Part shown: positions 1 to 12,104 of the stretch, piece by piece
Numbering within the stretch: position 1 is the first letter of the stretch
How the letters are laid out: each line of letters starts with the position of its first letter
DNA from: Candidatus Eiseniibacteriota bacterium
GTDB taxonomy: Bacteria > Eisenbacteria > RBG-16-71-46 > CAIMUX01 > VGJL01
Direction of reading: 5' to 3'
Assembly: GCA_963792585.1 (NCBI GenBank)
Contig: CAWBWI010000001.1
Coordinates: 576,001 to 640,000 of the forward strand
DNA length: 64,000 nucleotides
Program-made: the position numbers and the translations under genes
Notes under the pieces: model-generated
Told to the model about the DNA's origin: nothing
Database searches by the model: none
Seen by the model: the letters and a program-made list of their open reading frames with translations, nothing else

Positions 1-928
1 TCACGCGAGGCGTTCCGGGGCAGTAGAGCAGACCTGATCTACCTGGTTCGCCAGGGCTACTTCGCTCTCCTGGGTCGCATCCTTCTGAAGCAGAACGCCG
101 AGGAAGCGCTGGCGGTCAGCGAGGAGCAGTTGAAGAGGTCGCAGGCGCTCTTTGATGTCGGGTCGGTCGCCCGCAGCGACGTCCTGCAGTCGCGTGTGAA
201 CCGCGCGAACGCGGTTCGCGATGAGATCTCGGCCCGCAACGCGGTCGAGCAAACCCGCGCGGCGCTCGCCGTCCTCCTCGGCTTGAACGCCCCGGACCCT
301 CTCGAAATCCAGCAGGACGTGGAACCGCCGATCGCAACGGAAGTCGATGAAGGCGGCCTGATCCGCGAGGCGCTGGATACGCGACCCGAGGTTCGCCAGG
401 CGGGCGAGCAACTCCGCGCGGCAAAGCTCCGCTATCGTTCCTCCTGGTGGTCGCACTTCCCGACGCTTGGTCTCACGATGTACTACCAGAAGCAGGCGGG
501 GACACTGGACCGGACGCTGGACACGGGCCTGATCGATCGCGATGCGCGTTGGGGCTATGCATTCGGCTTCCGGTGGAACATCTTCGACGGGATGTCGACG
601 TATGGTGCGGTTCGCAGAAACCGCGCGGAGGTCTACTCTTCGCAGGGAGAAGCAACGCCAGGAAGAGCTCAATGCGGGGCTGGGCGTTCGCGAGGCCCGG
701 ATCTCCATCAACAACGCCAGTGAGGGAATGACCGCGGCCGAGGAGGCCGTCGCCCTGGCCGAAGAGAACTTCAAGCTGCAGCAGGCGCTCTATCAGAACG
801 GAGCGGGCACGATCCTCGAACTGAACAACGCCCAGGTCGATCGGACCAAGGCAAAGAACGCTCTCGTCGAGGCAACGATCTCCCTCCATCTCGCGAACGC
901 ACAACTCGATCGTGCCCTCGGCCGCTAG
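1..928 (+). CDS. TolC-family outer membrane efflux protein (5' partial, frameshift near 650)
   Basis: ORFs 130..723 and 542..928 join. TolC-like helical repeats (RPEVRQA; ALAEENFKLQQALYQNGAGTILELNNAQ; AQLDRALG). First gene of an exporter operon. Confidence 0.85.
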
Positions 929-953
929 CCGGGACCATCAAGGGGGGAACCGA

Positions 954-2262
954 ATGCGTGCTGGAACGAAGCGGATCCTCATCATCGGGGGAGCCGTCGT
1001 TGTTGTCGGGGCGATCATCGTCGCCAACCTGAAGCAGAAATCGGCAGGAAAGGGCACCGAGGTTCGCACGGAGGCGGTCGGGATGCGCCGGATCGAGTCC
1101 TGGGTCCGGGCGCCGGGCAAGGTCCAGCCGGTGTCGAAGGTCCAGGTCTCGAGCAACGTGATGGGCCGCGTGGTGGAACTGGCCGTGCGCGAGGGCCAGC
1201 AGGTCAAGTCGGGCGACCTGCTCCTGCGTCTGGACGACGAACGCTATCGCTCCCAGGTGCAGCAGTACAGGGCGACGATCCTTTCCGCCGAGGCGAGCCG
1301 CACCCTCGCGGAGGCGCAGGCGCGCGAGGCGAAGCAGAATCGCGACCGGAAGGAATCGCTCTCCACGCAGGGGCTCGCATCGACCCAGGAACTCGAGGCG
1401 GCGCGGACGGCCGACGAGGTCGCCGCCGCGCGGGCCGCATCGGCCGCGGAGGATGTCCGCCGGGCCAAGGCCGCCCTCGCGGAGGCCGAGAAGAATCTCC
1501 GGGAGACGGTCTTCATCGCTCCCATGGACGGCACCGTCACCGCGCTCAACGTCGAGGTGGGCGAAAACGTCCTGACCGGAACCATGAACAACCCCGGTAC
1601 GGTGATCCTCACCCTCTCGGACCTGGCCTCGATGGAAGTGCTCGCCGATGTGGACGAGACCGACGTCGTCAACGTCGCGTCGTCGCAGCGCGCGCGCGTC
1701 CTCGTCGACGCGATCCCGGACACGGCGTTCGAAGGCTCCGTGACCCGCGTCGGGCAATCGGGTCGCGGGCTGACGGGGCAGTCGCAGGAGGCGACGAACT
1801 TCGAGGTCGCCGTCCTGCTGAAGAGCCCGCCGAGCACGCTTCCGTCCCGGGATGAACGCGGACGTGGAGATCCAGACCGGCCTGCTCGACAGCACCCTCG
1901 CGGTTCCGCTCCAGGCGCTGACCGCACGGCCGCCGAACGTGGTCGAGCGGTGGAAAGCCAAGCGCGCCGGCACGAAGCTCGCCGATGCCGATACGACGGG
2001 TCCGGATGCCCGCAACCTCGTCGAGGGGGTCTTCATCGACGACGCGGGAAAGGCGAAGTTCATCCCCGTGATCATGGGGCTGCGGGGTGAAACCCACATC
2101 GAGGTGCACGGAGACCTCGCCGTGGGGGCCAAGCTGATCACCGGACCGTATCGCACCCTCCGCAAGCTCTCCGATCAAGAGGCGGTCCGTCTCGAAAAGA
2201 AGAAGGCGGCCGGCAAGCAGAAGAAGGACAAAGAGAGCGACGCGGAGCCGAAGGTCGATTAG
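954..2262 (+). CDS. MacA/HlyD-type periplasmic adaptor (frameshift near 1845)
   Basis: N-terminal [28 protein letters not shown], coiled coil, [14 protein letters not shown]-terminus continues in ORF 1852..2262. Confidence 0.9.
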
Positions 2263-2264
2263 CC

Positions 2265-2980
<716 letters not shown>

Positions 2981-2984
<4 letters not shown>

Positions 2985-4207
2985 ATCTCCTCGAGGCGCT
3001 GCGGCTCGCCCTCGGCATCCTCTGGGCGAATCGTCTCCGGACCTTTCTCACGATTCTCGGCAACGTGGTCGCGGTCAGCTCGGTGGTCGCGGTCGTTGCG
3101 ATCATCGACGGACTCAACCGCTATGTCTCCGACCAGGTTCTGTCGACCGGTAGCCAGGTGTTCACGATCTCGAAATTCGGCTTCGAGAGCGACTACGACA
3201 CCTATCTCAAGATGCTCCGGCGAAAGGACCTCACGATCGCGGACGCGGACGCTCTGGGGCGGCAGATGCAGAACGCCTCGGCCGTTGTCCCGGTCGTCTC
3301 GCGCCGGGAGACCTTGCGCGTCGGCCGATCGCAGGCCACCGGGGCGTCGATCGTGGGCCTCGGCGACGGCTATCCCGAGCTACGAACCCTCGACCTTGCG
3401 GAAGGGCGTCATCTGGCGACGGGAGGACATCCGCGGGCGCGCGGCGGTGGCGGTGATCGGCGATCAAGTCCGGGAGAAGCTCTTCGATCCCATCGACCCG
3501 ATCGGGCGGGAGATTCGCGTGGGCCGGCATCGTTTCCTGATCGTCGGCGTGTTGAAGAAGCGGGGGAGCGGTGCTCGGGCAGTCCCAGGACAACGTCGTT
3601 TGCATACCGGTGACGACCTACACGAAGCTTTTCGGCACGCGAGACATGATGGAGATCAACATCCGCGCGAAGAGCGCCGAGGTGATGCTGGCGGCCGAGG
3701 AAGAGGCGGCTCTCCTCATGAAACTCCGGCGGGGCCTGAACCCGTGGGACGAGCCCGACTTCAACGTCTACACCTCCGAGATGCTCTATACGCTCTATCA
3801 GAACCTCACGAAGGGGATCTACGGCCTCACGATCGGGATCGTGGCCGTGAGCCTGCTGGTCGGCGGGATCGTCATCATGAACATCATGTTCGTCTCGGTC
3901 ACCGAGCGAACGCGCGAGATCGGAATCCGCCGCGCCCTCGGCGCGCGCCGAAGCCGATGTCGTCAAGCAGTTCCTCTCCGAGTCGGTCACCCTCGCCGCC
4001 CTGGGTGGCCTGATCGGGGTGGCGCTCGGCGGCATCGTCGCGATCTGTCCTGCACGCGGCGACTCCATTGCCCGCCACGATTCGACCCTGGTCGGTCGTG
4101 GTCGGCCTGCTTCTCGCCTCTGCCGTCGGGACTCTTCTTCGGGATCTATCCGGCCGCGCGGGCGAGCAGGCTCGATGCCGGTGGAGGCGCTGCGTCATGA
4201 AGTCTGA
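2981..4207 (+). CDS. MacB/FtsX-type ABC permease 1 (several frameshifts)
   Basis: [11 protein letters not shown] at N-terminus; [46 protein letters not shown] at C-terminus. Confidence 0.88.
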
Positions 4208-5453
4208 GGCGCGCGTCCGCCGCGGCCTTGCCGGCGAGAACGTGCGCATGGCCCTGACGACCCTCTGGTCGCAGAAGCTGCGCTCGGGCCTGACGCTGCT
4301 GGGGATCATCATCGGCGTCGCGACGGTCATCGCCATGGTGAGCCTGATCCAGGGCCTGAACGGCTCGATCGCGACGCCAGATCGGAGCCCTCGGCAGCGG
4401 CGTTCTCTACATTTCGAAGGACGAGGCGGGGATCCACATCGGCGGGATGGAACAGCGGAAGCCACGGAAGGACCTGACCGTCGACGACGCGGATGCGATC
4501 GCGCGACTCTGCCCGGCCGTCGGCGACGGTATCGCCCGAGATTCCGGCAGCGGAAGCGAATCTCCTACGGGCGCGTGGAGACGAAGACGATCTCGGGGTC
4601 GGTCCGGGGAACCGAAGACTACTTCGCGTCGAACAACTGGTCGATCGACGAGGGCGCCCTTCACCGCCGACGACGTCCGGCACTCCTCCGCCGTGTGCGT
4701 GCTCGGCACGTCGGTCGCCGAGCAGCTCTTCCCGTACGGGGGGCGATTGGCGCCAGGAGTCCAGGTCGGGCAGCGAATCTACCGCGTCATCGGGGTCCTC
4801 GTCGCCGCAGGGGAAGTTGTTCGGGCAGGACCAGGACCTGGATCGTCGTCGTGCCGCTGGCGCGGCTTGCGCGGAGCATGGGCTACGGCCGCACCGTCGA
4901 TTTCATCGTCGCCGCGCCGAGCGAGCCCGCGCTCGCCGAGGCTGCGAAGGAGCAGATCGAAGAACTCCTGCGCAGACGCCGCGGCGTGCGGGCCGACCAG
5001 GAGAACGACTTCGGCATCACCTCTCAGGAGAATCTGCTGCAGATCTACAAGCAGGTGACGCAGGGGTTCTTCCTCGTCATGGTCCTGATCTCCTCGATCG
5101 GCCTGATGGTCGGCGGGATCGGCGTGATGAACATGATGCTCGTCTCCGTCCGGGAGCGGACGCGCGAGATCGGTCTGCGGATGGCCGTCGGTTGCCGCCG
5201 GAGGGATCTGCTGGCTCAGTTCCTCGTCGAGGCTTCCGTTCTGACCGGTGCCGGCGGCGTTGTCGGAATCGTCCTCGGGCAGTTGCTCGCCTGCTCGCTA
5301 TCGCACGTTCTGCCCGGTGCCCGGCGGCGGTGAGCCTGCCGTGGGTGCTGGTCGCCGTGGCCGTCTCGGCCTCGATCGGCCTCTTCTTCGGCATGGTAGC
5401 CCGCGTGGCGCGCCTCGCGTCTCGATCCCGTCGAGGCTCTCCGGTACGAGTAG
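4197..5453 (+). CDS. MacB/FtsX-type ABC permease 2 (several frameshifts)
   Basis: [43 protein letters not shown]; ends [12 protein letters not shown]. Confidence 0.88.
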
Positions 5454-5478
5454 CCTGCTCAGCGTGTAAGATCCCCTC

Positions 5479-8342
5479 ATGGACCGAATCGAGATCCACG
5501 GGGCGCGCGAGCACAATCTCAAGAACCTGACCCTCTCCATCCCTCGGGACCGAGCTCACTGTTGTCACCGGCGTGAGCGGGTCGGGAAAGTCGAGCCTCG
5601 CCTTCGATACCCTCTACGCCGAGGGGCAGCGGCGCTACGTCGAGTCGCTTTCCGCCTACGCCCGGCAGTTCCTTGGCCAGATGGAGAAGCCCGACGTCGA
5701 TCGCATCGAAGGACTTTCGCCCGCCATCTCGATCGAACAGCGGATGGCCGGGCACAACCCGCGGTCGACGGTCGCGACGACGACCGAGATCTACGATTAC
5801 CTTCGCGTTCTCTTCGCGCGGATCGGCGTCCAGCATTGCCACCAGTGCGGCAGGAAGATCAGCCGCCAGTCGATCGACGAGATCGTGGAGCGGGTGATGA
5901 AGGAAATGGGGGGCCAGAAGGCGCAGATCCTGGCGCCCGTCGTGAGCGGCCGCAAGGGGGAGTACAAGAAGGAACTCGACGGGCTCGCGCGGCAGGGATT
6001 CCTGCGCGTCCGCGTGGACGGGGAGATCCGAAGTCTCGAGGAGGAGATCCCGCTCGCGAAGACCAAGAAGCACACGATCGAGGTGGTCGTGGACCGGATC
6101 TCGGTCGATGCGGGCCGGCGGCGCAGGATCGCCGACTCGCTGGAAACGGCGCTCGCGGTCGGCAAGCGGACTGCGATCGTGGTGGCGGAGGAAGGGCAAG
6201 AGGCGGTCTTCAGCGAGGAGTCGGCCTGTCCGAACTGCGGGATCAGCTTCGAGGCCCTTCACCCGCGCAACTTCTCGTTCAACAGCCCCTACGGCGCCTG
6301 CGCAAAGTGCCAAGGACTCGGCAACCTGCTCGAGATCGATCCGGAGTCTGCTGATCGCGGATCAGGATCTCTCGGTCGCCGAAGGCGCGCTGCCGGTCTT
6401 CCGTAAGGCGGAGGAGGGCTGGCACGGATCGATCCTGCAAGTCCCTCGCCAAGCGATATGGATTCTCGCTCGACGTTCCCTGGAAGAAGCTCCCGAAGAA
6501 GGCCCGTGATCTGCTCCTCTACGGCACGAAGGGGAGCGAGATCGAGATCGCGCACGTGAGCGAGCGCGGAGAGTTCAAGTGGCGCAGTTCCTTCGAGGGC
6601 GTGGTCGGCAACCTGACCCGTCGCTACCGGGAGACGCAGTCGGAGGAGATCCGGGAGTGGATCGAAGCGTTCATGACCCCGCGTGCCTGCCCGGAGTGCA
6701 AGGGGGCGCGACTGAAGGCGTCGAGTCTCGCCGTGCGTATCGGCAAGCGGAACATCTCCGATCTGACCCACCTCTCGGTACGGGACGGCCTCGCGGCGGT
6801 GGAGGAGCTCGCCCCCGAGGGGCGGGACCACGTGATCGCCGGGCCGATCGTCAAGGAAATCCGGGATCGACTCCGCTTCCTCGTCGGATGTCGGCTTGAC
6901 CTACCTGACGCTCGATCGGGCGTCGGGCACCCTCTCGGGAGGGGAGGCGCAGCGGATCCGCCTGGCAACGCAGATCGGCAGCCAGCTCGTCGGCGTCCTC
7001 TACATCCTGGACGAGCCGTCGATCGGCCTGCACCACCGGGACAACGACCGATTGCTGGCGACCCTGATGCAACTGCGCGATCTTGGAAATACCGTCGTCG
7101 TTGTCGAGCACGACCGCGACACGATGATCGCCGCCGACCACCTCATCGACCTGGGTCCCGGCGCGGGACGGCATGGGGGACACCTGGTAACCGCGGGCAC
7201 GCCGCAGGAGGTGATGGCGCACGCGACCTCGCTGACGGGGCAGTACCTTTCCGGGCGCCGCGAGATTCCGTTGCCCGCGAAGCGTCGGGCGGGCAGCGGC
7301 GAGGCGATCGAGGTCGTCGGGGCCAGGCACAACAACCTCAAGGACATCACCGTTCGCTTTCCTCTCGGCAAGATGATCTGCGTCACCGGCGTCTCGGGAT
7401 CGGGGAAGTCATCGCTCGTCAATGAGATCTTGCACCGCTGCCCTCGCCCGTGCGCTGCACTCCAGCGGGCCGATGCCCGGGCGGCACAGGACCCTGCGTG
7501 GCTTGGAGCACGTCGACAAAGTGATCAACATCGATCAGTCGCCGATCGGCCGTACGCCGCGGTCGAATGCGGCCACCTACACGGGCGCCTTCACGGAGAT
7601 CCGCGATCTCTTCACGCGCCTGCCGGAATCGAGGGTGCGGGGGTACAAGCCGGGGCGCTTCTCCTTCAACGTGAAGGGAGGACGCTGTGAATCGTGCGGA
7701 GGCGACGGGGTCGTGAAGATCGAGATGCACTTTCTCCCGGACGTCTACGTCCGCTGCGAAGTTTGTGGCGGCAAGCGCTACAACCGGGAGACGCTCGAGG
7801 TCGCCTACAAGGGGCGCTCGATCGCCGAGGTGCTCGACCTCACGGTCGAGGAGTCTCTGGCGATGTTCGAGAACATTCCCACGCTGAGACGGAAACTGGG
7901 CGCGCTTCGCGACGTCGGCCTCGGCTACATCCACCTCGGCCAGCCGGCCACGACCCTCTCGGGAGGGGAGGCGCAGCGCGTAAAGCTCGCCACCGAGCTC
8001 TCGAAGGTCTCAACGGGACGGACGGTCTACATCCTCGACGAGCCGACGACCGGACTGCACTTCGAGGACATCCGAATCCTGCTGGAAGTTCTCGGGCGGC
8101 TCGTCGACGCGGGAAACACGGTCATCGTGATCGAACACCAGCTCGACGTTGTCCGCACGGCCGACCACATCATCGACCTCGGACCGGAGGGGGGAGACGC
8201 GGGCGGCCGCGTCGTCGCCACGGGGTCTCCGGAGGAGGTGGCGGGCACGGCGGGCTCCCACACGGGCGTGGCCCTGACGGAGGTCCTTCCAGGCGGGAAG
8301 GCGCGTCGGATCCCGGAGAAGGCCAAGCCCCGCAAGGCCTGA
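5479..8342 (+). CDS. uvrA: Excinuclease ABC subunit A (about 5 frameshifts)
   Basis: [32 protein letters not shown]; CxxC zinc motifs; [17 protein letters not shown]; second ATPase [23 protein letters not shown]. Confidence 0.95.
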
Positions 8343-8349
8343 ATCCGGA

Positions 8350-8378
8350 TTGCGGCCCCCTGTCCACGGCGGTACAAT
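8350..8378 (+). promoter_or_regulatory. Putative sigma70 promoter for the tandem secreted paralogs
   Basis: TTGCGG-N17-TACAAT. Confidence 0.55.
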
Positions 8379-8450
8379 CAAGGCGCGTTCGATCGCCGAG
8401 CCTCGGTGACCGTCCAAGTCATCAGTAGGTCCCCCCAGGAGACGATCGCG

Positions 8451-9071
8451 ATGAAAGCGATGGCCATCCTTGGTTTTCTGTTTTGCCTGCTTGCGGGTCC
8501 CGCCGGAGCCGACATCGACCCATGGGGCGATTCTCAGTGCACGCTGGACGGTCCCGCCCGCCTCCTCTTGATCCCGGACGGGGATGGCAGCGACGCGCAC
8601 CCACTCGGCGACTTCACGGTGACGATCCACAACGGCATGAACGGGAACCTTCCGATCAACAACGCGATCGTAGAAGTGATCGTCCAGGGACAGCCGGCGG
8701 GGCGCGTCCACCTCTGTCGCGCGTCGGAGCAGCACTACGATCGCACCGGCCCGGACGGGGTCGCCACGATCCACGTGCCGGGTGGCGGTTGTTACAAGGG
8801 GCAGAGTGCGGTCGTCATCCGGGTCAACGGCGTCGAGTTCCGCCGCTATGCCGCCGCCGTCAGCCCGGACTATGCGGGCATCGACGATATCGGCGAGGCG
8901 GGACGGTGGAGCCTGTCGATCACAGCCGCCGACTTCGCCTCTTTCGCAATGGCGTTTCATGGGGGCGGCGCGAGCTGCCACGATTACGACAACAACGGAG
9001 TGACGGGAGCGAGCGATTTCGCCGTGTTTGGCCAGGTCTGGTCGGGCGGTACACGATCCTGCGAACCGTGA
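8451..9071 (+). CDS. Secreted Cys-containing protein, Ig-like domain plus dockerin/EF-hand-like C-terminus (paralog 1)
   Basis: AGGAG SD; signal peptide ending PAGA-D; C-terminal CHDYDNNGVTGASDFAVFGQVW Ca-loop-like motif. Confidence 0.7.
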   Translation: MKAMAILGFLFCLLAGPAGADIDPWGDSQCTLDGPARLLLIPDGDGSDAHPLGDFTVTIHNGMNGNLPINNAIVEVIVQGQPAGRVHLCRASEQHYDRTGPDGVATIHVPGGGCYKGQSAVVIRVNGVEFRRYAAAVSPDYAGIDDIGEAGRWSLSITAADFASFAMAFHGGGASCHDYDNNGVTGASDFAVFGQVWSGGTRSCEP

Positions 9072-9110
9072 CCAGAGGATTGCCGGAGTGAAATTGCAGG
9101 GAGGTTGAAC

Positions 9111-9713
9111 ATGCGTCTCATTGTCATGCTTTCGATGTGTCTCGGGATCAGCGCGGGGATCGCGGCCGCCGACCTCGAGCTGCCGTGCGTCTCGACGACG
9201 CTGGATGCGTCCCAGCGCCTCCTTCTGATCCCGGACAATGACGGGTCGGACCCGAGCGTTTTCGGCGCCTTCACGGTCACCATCAAGAACAACGAGTGCG
9301 TTCCCATCGAGCACGCCGCCGTGGAGGTATTGATCGCCGGCGGGGAGAAGACGAGGCTGTGCGGGGATGCCGTGAACGTGCAGTACACCGACGCGGCGGG
9401 CGTGGCCACCTTCAACATCCCGGGCGGCGGATGTGTCAAAGGTCGCGACGCGGTCCTGATTCGCGCCAACGGGGTGATCGTCCGCTCCTTCGAGTCGGTC
9501 GTGAGCCCGGACTATGCGGGATGGGACAACGCGGGAGTCCCGAATCGTTGGAGCTTGTCGGTCACGGTCGCCGACTTTGCCGCCTTCGCCACGGCGTTCC
9601 ACAACGGCGGCTCGAGCTGCCACGACTACGACAACAACGGAACGACGGGGGCAGCCGATGTATCGGTCTTCGGCCAGATCTGGTCCGGGGGACAGCGGAG
9701 CTGCTCCCCATAG
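9111..9713 (+). CDS. Secreted Cys-containing protein (paralog 2)
   Basis: GGAGG SD; signal peptide; aligns end to end with 8451..9071 (RLLLIPD, IPGGGC, VSPDYAG, RWSLS, SCHDYDNNG). Confidence 0.75.
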   Translation: MRLIVMLSMCLGISAGIAAADLELPCVSTTLDASQRLLLIPDNDGSDPSVFGAFTVTIKNNECVPIEHAAVEVLIAGGEKTRLCGDAVNVQYTDAAGVATFNIPGGGCVKGRDAVLIRANGVIVRSFESVVSPDYAGWDNAGVPNRWSLSVTVADFAAFATAFHNGGSSCHDYDNNGTTGAADVSVFGQIWSGGQRSCSP

Positions 9714-9743
9714 AGCCCTCCGCGGTTGCCTCGATGTATACAG

Positions 9744-9775
9744 CGGGGCGCGGGACCTGACGGCCCCGCGCCCCG
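9744..9775. terminator. GC-rich hairpin between convergent genes
   Basis: CGGGGCGCGGG / CCCGCGCCCCG, 11-bp stem. Confidence 0.55.
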
Positions 9776-9806
9776 AACTTCGACGCCTCGAGCCTCTCTC
9801 GAAGCT

Positions 9807-10493
9807 CTAGCGATAGAGCTGCTTCACCCGCCCCCAGGTGGTCGCTGTGACCGGGGTCGAATCCTCGTAGTTCAAGGTCAGATCGTCGATCATCGCGCGG
9901 GGCATGGAGTATTCCCCGCCGAAGGTCGCATAGAGCTGCAGCTGGGTGAAGGCGGGGCCCGTCACCGTGAGGCGCGCGATCGCCGGATTGTCACGGCCGC
10001 CGAGGTCGCTGATCACGAAGGAGGTCGTCGCCACGACCTGGCCCCCGTTGATGGCATCCAGGTGGAATTCGATTCCACCCCACGGACCGTTCTCGTAATA
10101 CGCCAGATCGAGGGTGGCCTCGGTCGCCGGTCCGGCGAGGTCCATGGTGACCGTCGAGAGGGGGCCGATGGTGAGGTTGTCCCCCGGAATGTAGGCGATT
10201 CCGAAGGTCAGCGCATTGACGGGGCTTCCGTAGTCGGGGAAATCGGTGTAGAAGAGGCCCGCGTTCTCGAGGATGAACTCGTCACCCGGCTGGGGGTCGA
10301 AGGTCGACCCGTCGGGGAAGACTCCCGAGACGCCATTGAGATCGTGATAGGTCACGCCCACGTGGGTCAGCGGATCTCCGAGGGGTCCCTCGGTGAGATC
10401 CTCGTAATCGATGACGACCGTCGTGGCGAGGGCCGTCGGCGCCGTCGCAAGGATCGCGACGAAGGCGAAACAGATCGTGGCTGCGAGCTTCAT
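9807..10493 (-). CDS. Secreted acidic beta-rich protein with C-terminal TPV-x-TTWGRVKQLYR motif
   Basis: GGAGGG SD; signal peptide MKLAATICFAFVAILATAPTALA; short basic C-terminal motif. Confidence 0.8.
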   Translation of the reverse strand: MKLAATICFAFVAILATAPTALATTVVIDYEDLTEGPLGDPLTHVGVTYHDLNGVSGVFPDGSTFDPQPGDEFILENAGLFYTDFPDYGSPVNALTFGIAYIPGDNLTIGPLSTVTMDLAGPATEATLDLAYYENGPWGGIEFHLDAINGGQVVATTSFVISDLGGRDNPAIARLTVTGPAFTQLQLYATFGGEYSMPRAMIDDLTLNYEDSTPVTATTWGRVKQLYR

Positions 10494-10570
10494 GAAATGG
10501 TCCCTCCGTTAGTCATGCATGGTTGGGGTGGCGTGTATGAGACCGGACTCCGGGATCGCACGGCCGAAAC

Positions 10571-11878
10571 TCACGGCGGTCCGTGATCGGAAGAGGCGCG
10601 CGCGGGCAGATCGTGGCGGATCATGACGGAGGTCGGGATGGGTGGATAGGCGAGGCGAACCCGGTAGAGCTCGAAATCGCCCGCGTCCCAACCGAGACGA
10701 TCGAAGACCCACCGCAGAAGCTCCAGGTAGCCGGGCACCTCGGCCGTGCGGGCTGCGCCCGTCCCGCGGCCCAGGTGATCGAGCGACTCTCCCACCGGCA
10801 GGAGATCTTCCTCGGCCATGGTCACCGGGGAATTCAGTTCGCTGAAGACGCACAGCTGTCGCTTCACTCCGGGGAAGAGGTTCTTGTGAACGAAGTGATC
10901 GAAGAGCAGACCCTCGCTCGGCGTCCGCGAGGCCGCGCCGAAGTGGGCGCGCTGATTCCGCTCGATCGCGTATGCGGGGGCGAGCTCGCGCAGCACCTCA
11001 CCGGTGAAGACCGTCTGTTGGCCGGAGAACCCGACGGGAGTGGGCAACAACTCGTCGTTCAAGAGGCCGTCGTTGCCGAGACGCCGCCGGAGCTTCGGCA
11101 GCGGCTTCGTGCAGAAGGCTGGCAGGATCGGCACGCCGCCCATCTTCCGCGCGGCATCCTCATCGAGGGGATGGCGGTCGGAGGACTCCATGCGCTTGCG
11201 CTCCTTCAGGACCACGGACTGGCTCATGACCCAGTGGACATTGGGTCGGACGCGCTTGAGCCCGATCAGTCCGCGGATCTGGGCGACATCGATCCAGTCC
11301 TCTCGGACGGCCGACCGATGCAGGATGCTGACCGCAAGTTGGAGCTTTGCCTGCGCCCCCCAGATGAAGCTGTTTCCAAGGAAGGCTTTCTCCCGCCACT
11401 TGATCTCGGCGCGCCCTTCCGAACGGGCGAGTTGCGACTGGGCGAGCAGCTCCAGGCTCGTTCGATCGTTCGCATGGGTCGCGGACATGCGGGAGAACGA
11501 GTCCGAGGCCTCCCGCAGGGCGGAAGTGACCGACCGATCGGCCCCTTTTCGTTCGAGGGCGTGGATGAGGGTGTCGATGCCGGCACGGGAGGGCATGAAA
11601 CTCACAGCGCGGAGCGGGGCCGGGCTGTAAGCGACGTTACGCATCTGCCAGGCCAGCTTGCGGTGTACCCCCAGGCGATCGCAGATGGCCGTGATCCCGG
11701 TCGGTCCCTCACCGCACTGGGTTTCGAGGACGCGAACGAGGAGATCCTGGATCGCGGGGATCCTGGTCGCCACGTCATCCTCGAAGCTGACGCCCGAGGG
11801 AGTCCCCTTGGCTGAAGAGCCGGTTTCATCGGCCTGGGTCGTGAGGGACCGAAGGCGTCTCGTGGGGCCTTTCCGCAT
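10571..11878 (-). CDS. Uncharacterised cytoplasmic protein with N-terminal HTH-like segment (putative regulator); alternative start 11896
   Basis: Intact ~435-aa ORF; ITAICDRLGVHRKLAWQMRNV resembles a helix-turn-helix; no signal peptide. Confidence 0.6.
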   Translation of the reverse strand: MRKGPTRRLRSLTTQADETGSSAKGTPSGVSFEDDVATRIPAIQDLLVRVLETQCGEGPTGITAICDRLGVHRKLAWQMRNVAYSPAPLRAVSFMPSRAGIDTLIHALERKGADRSVTSALREASDSFSRMSATHANDRTSLELLAQSQLARSEGRAEIKWREKAFLGNSFIWGAQAKLQLAVSILHRSAVREDWIDVAQIRGLIGLKRVRPNVHWVMSQSVVLKERKRMESSDRHPLDEDAARKMGGVPILPAFCTKPLPKLRRRLGNDGLLNDELLPTPVGFSGQQTVFTGEVLRELAPAYAIERNQRAHFGAASRTPSEGLLFDHFVHKNLFPGVKRQLCVFSELNSPVTMAEEDLLPVGESLDHLGRGTGAARTAEVPGYLELLRWVFDRLGWDAGDFELYRVRLAYPPIPTSVMIRHDLPARASSDHGPP

Positions 11879-12034
11879 GCGACAAGGATCCTCCATCGGT
11901 CGCGGGAAGTCAAGATACGGTTTCCGGATTCATTTCGGAAACAGCTCGGAATCGTTTCGCCGATTGTGGTTCGATGATTGCGGCACGCGTGTGCCCGGGG
12001 GCTGTCGGGCGGGATCGCTTGCGGCCGGGCGGTC

Positions 12035-12063
12035 TTGACACCACCCTGGGCCGCGCCTAGATT
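12035..12063 (+). promoter_or_regulatory. Sigma70 promoter of the gcv operon
   Basis: TTGACA-N17-TAGATT. Confidence 0.7.
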
Positions 12064-12104
12064 GAACGTGTTGTGCCCGAAACGATTACCCTCCCAATGA
12101 AAGG

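Noticed and set aside
5479..8342. Pseudogenes or programmed frameshifting in uvrA, gcv, ligA, hutI and pil genes
   Set aside because: Breaks are numerous, lack consistent slippery sites, cluster regionally and hit essential genes without substitution decay; sequencing error is more likely.
11900..12104. Glycine riboswitch upstream of gcvT
   Set aside because: No recognisable aptamer motifs, and the promoter leaves only a leader of about 35 nt.
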